A stretch of 25,244 nucleotides of DNA, taken from IMG/VR virus record IMGVR_UViG_3300012921_000011, positions 1 to 25,244 of that record. One strand, written 5' to 3'. This stretch comes from a virus. Its lineage: Duplodnaviria > Caudoviricetes. Of this stretch, positions 23,964 through 25,244 are shown piece after piece. A model generated the notes under the pieces. It was not told the origin of the DNA. It saw only the letters and a program-made list of their open reading frames with translations, and ran no database searches. The number at the start of each line of letters is the position of its first letter. Position 1 is the stretch's first letter. The position numbers and the translations under genes are program-made.

Positions 23964-24364
23964 TCCCCCGCCTCTACCTCTGGATCGCTGGCGTCGCCCT
24001 TGTCGCGGTTCTCGGCGCCATCTTCCTTGGCGGCCCCATCGTCGGCTTCCTTCAGGGTCAGGTGAAACACTGGCAGGCCAAGGAGGAGACCGCCACCGAC
24101 ACCGCCGTCAGCAATGGCGCGGAGACCGCCGGCCAAGCCGCCCTGTCCGCTGCTCAAGGCCAGATCACCGAGCGCGTTATCGAACGCACCAACACCATCA
24201 CCCGCTATGTTGAGCAAGCTTCAGGAGTCCCCGATGCGAAAGCCCCTCTCGGTCCTGATCGTGAGCAGCGCATTGCTGACCATGACCGCAGCCTGTGCCT
24301 CTCAAGGCCGTCTGTCTGCCCCGGTGGGACCGGCGCCACGGGTTCTGACGCCGGAGTACGCTAA
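23960..24364 (+). CDS. Inner-membrane spanin (Rz-like)
   Basis: 134 aa with an N-terminal TMD, helical periplasmic domain and two C-terminal Cys. Follows the endolysin. Confidence 0.75.
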   Translation: MIPRLYLWIAGVALVAVLGAIFLGGPIVGFLQGQVKHWQAKEETATDTAVSNGAETAGQAALSAAQGQITERVIERTNTITRYVEQASGVPDAKAPLGPDREQRIADHDRSLCLSRPSVCPGGTGATGSDAGVR

Positions 24365-24587
24365 GGCCCCCTGCACGCTCTACAGCCGCCCTGCGGTGAC
24401 GCTGGAAGACCTCGAAATCATCGCGGCTATCCGGGGGGAACAACTGCTGACCTGTGACGAGAAGCGCGAGCTGGCGGTACTGGCGAACGCAGCGCAGGCG
24501 AAGGCTCTGGACGCTTGGGAGCAGGCGAGGGCGTTGAGGCGGTGTCCCTGGTGGCGCTTCGGTACATGCAAGCCACCGGATAGCTAG
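24234..24587 (+). CDS. Outer-membrane spanin lipoprotein (Rz1-like), overlapping the i-spanin in +1 frame
   Basis: AGGAG SD at 24223-24227. MRKPLSVLIVSSALLTMTAA-C signal with lipobox, Pro-rich segment, PC...C-KR-V pattern. Confidence 0.78.
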   Translation: MRKPLSVLIVSSALLTMTAACASQGRLSAPVGPAPRVLTPEYAKAPCTLYSRPAVTLEDLEIIAAIRGEQLLTCDEKRELAVLANAAQAKALDAWEQARALRRCPWWRFGTCKPPDS

Positions 24588-24589
24588 GC

Positions 24590-24614
24590 AACCGTCAAGC
24601 ATTCTTTGACAGTT
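24590..24614. repeat. 25-bp imperfect palindrome
   Basis: AACcGTCAA-gcattct-TTGACaGTT: 9-bp arms around a 7-bp spacer. Confidence 0.6.
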
Positions 24615-24649
24615 CACCCTTGTAGGCTAAGGCCTCGGGTTCAAACGAT

Positions 24650-24679
24650 AAGGCCCCGCTGGAAACGGCGGGGCCTTTT
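24650..24679 (+). terminator. Rho-independent terminator ending the late operon
   Basis: AAGGCCCCGCTG-GAAA-CGGCGGGGCCTT-TT. Confidence 0.85.
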
Positions 24680-24696
24680 GCTTGTCCGCTCCCCGC

Positions 24697-24724
24697 TTCA
24701 CATAGCGTCGGTTTGTGCTATTGT
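24697..24724 (+). promoter_or_regulatory. Candidate sigma70 promoter with extended -10
   Basis: TTCACA-N16-TATTGT with TG at 24716-24717, just after the terminator. Confidence 0.45.
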
Positions 24725-24730
24725 GTGGGT

Positions 24731-24884
24731 GTTGCGGCAGAGGGTCCACGACTGTCTGGTTCGCCGGAAAGCCGATCTACCCGCGAGGATGATACGCTGT
24801 CGCTACAGCCCCTGCCGCCGTTAGGTCCAACGCTTGCGTCGGCCCGTTAGAGCGGCGGTGGGGGCGGCCAACTCAGACCCCCGC
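24731..24884 (+). ncRNA. Candidate structured small RNA
   Basis: GCGGCAG-A-GGG (24734-24744) pairs with CCC-CTGCCGC (24809-24818), enclosing UUCG, GCGA and CGCT-loop hairpins. A gCUUGc hairpin lies downstream. No credible ORF. Confidence 0.4.
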
Positions 24885-24890
24885 TAAGCC

Positions 24891-25085
24891 CTAAATCTCC
24901 TCAACCTCCCCACCCTCAGTAACCCTACCCCAAGCTACAGGCTGAAGGCGAAACTCTCGGAGGATGGCGTCGGCTGCGTCGGCTGAAAGCATCAGGCCGG
25001 CGGCGCTGTCGTGATAGTCGTCGATCAAGTCGATCAGCCTCTCCCTCACCCGCTCTCTCAGCGTAACCGTCTCAGCCTCGCTCAT
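24891..25085 (-). CDS. Small hypothetical phage-type protein (64 aa)
   Basis: GAGGAG SD upstream on the minus strand. Helical, with ADAIL and QPVAW motifs common in small phage proteins. Confidence 0.6.
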   Translation of the reverse strand: MSEAETVTLRERVRERLIDLIDDYHDSAAGLMLSADAADAILREFRLQPVAWGRVTEGGEVEEI

Positions 25086-25125
25086 CGGTTCATCTCCTCA
25101 TTTTTCGATCTCATCAGAACGCCTG

Positions 25126-25156
25126 TTGACCGCGCCCTGTAAAACGGCTGTAAAGC
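25126..25156 (+). promoter_or_regulatory. Probable promoter for the tRNA
   Basis: TTGACC at 25126-25131, then GCTGTAAAG at -10 distance, ~45 nt before the tRNA. The -10 element is imperfect. Confidence 0.45.
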
Positions 25157-25199
25157 GCCTCTTCCGAAGCCGGGGCGAAACCCCCGGAAACACTGGTTA

Positions 25200-25244
<45 letters not shown>

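Noticed and set aside
24731-24884. Hammerhead or HDV-like (theta) ribozyme, or a tRNA
   Set aside because: No CUGANGA/GAAA core. TCCACG resembles an HDV L3 loop but P3 and P1 pairings do not form. No T-loop or D-loop consensus.
25117-25131. Alphaproteobacterial LexA box (GAAC-N7-GAAC)
   Set aside because: The second half is GACC, a single imperfect match that is explained by the -35 element.

Overview
This window is the complete late (morphogenesis and lysis) arm of a GC-rich temperate siphophage, most likely a prophage of an alphaproteobacterium (Caulobacter/Brevundimonas-like). The host inference rests on AGAAAG-type Shine-Dalgarno sites and the tRNA-Ser(GCT) sequence style. Gene order on + is: terminase large subunit (3' end), portal, head morphogenesis protein, small Zn-ribbon protein, scaffold, P22-coat-like major capsid, head-tail joining genes, tail tube, tail chaperones with a probable -1 frameshift, 1538-aa tape measure, tail tip and fibre genes, and an expanded lysis region. 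The lysis region holds a membrane protein, an HTH-metallophosphoesterase, an antisense moron, a holin-like gene, an M15 endolysin and overlapped spanins. After it come a terminator, a candidate structured ncRNA, a small reverse ORF and the 5' half of a tRNA-Ser(GCT) at the window edge. Most notable: (i) a two-TMD holin-like gene, absent from the ORF track, is interrupted by a single in-frame UAG; (ii) the phage abuts the 5' end of a tRNA, suggesting reversed-orientation integration with a phage-supplied promoter; (iii) GGA-loop hairpins recur in the scaffold, capsid and lysis leaders; (iv) a promoter-bearing multi-stem RNA lies after the lysis terminator; (v) the baseplate hub-like protein is fused to three tandem beta-rich domains. 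All family assignments come from motif recognition and synteny; no database searches were run.
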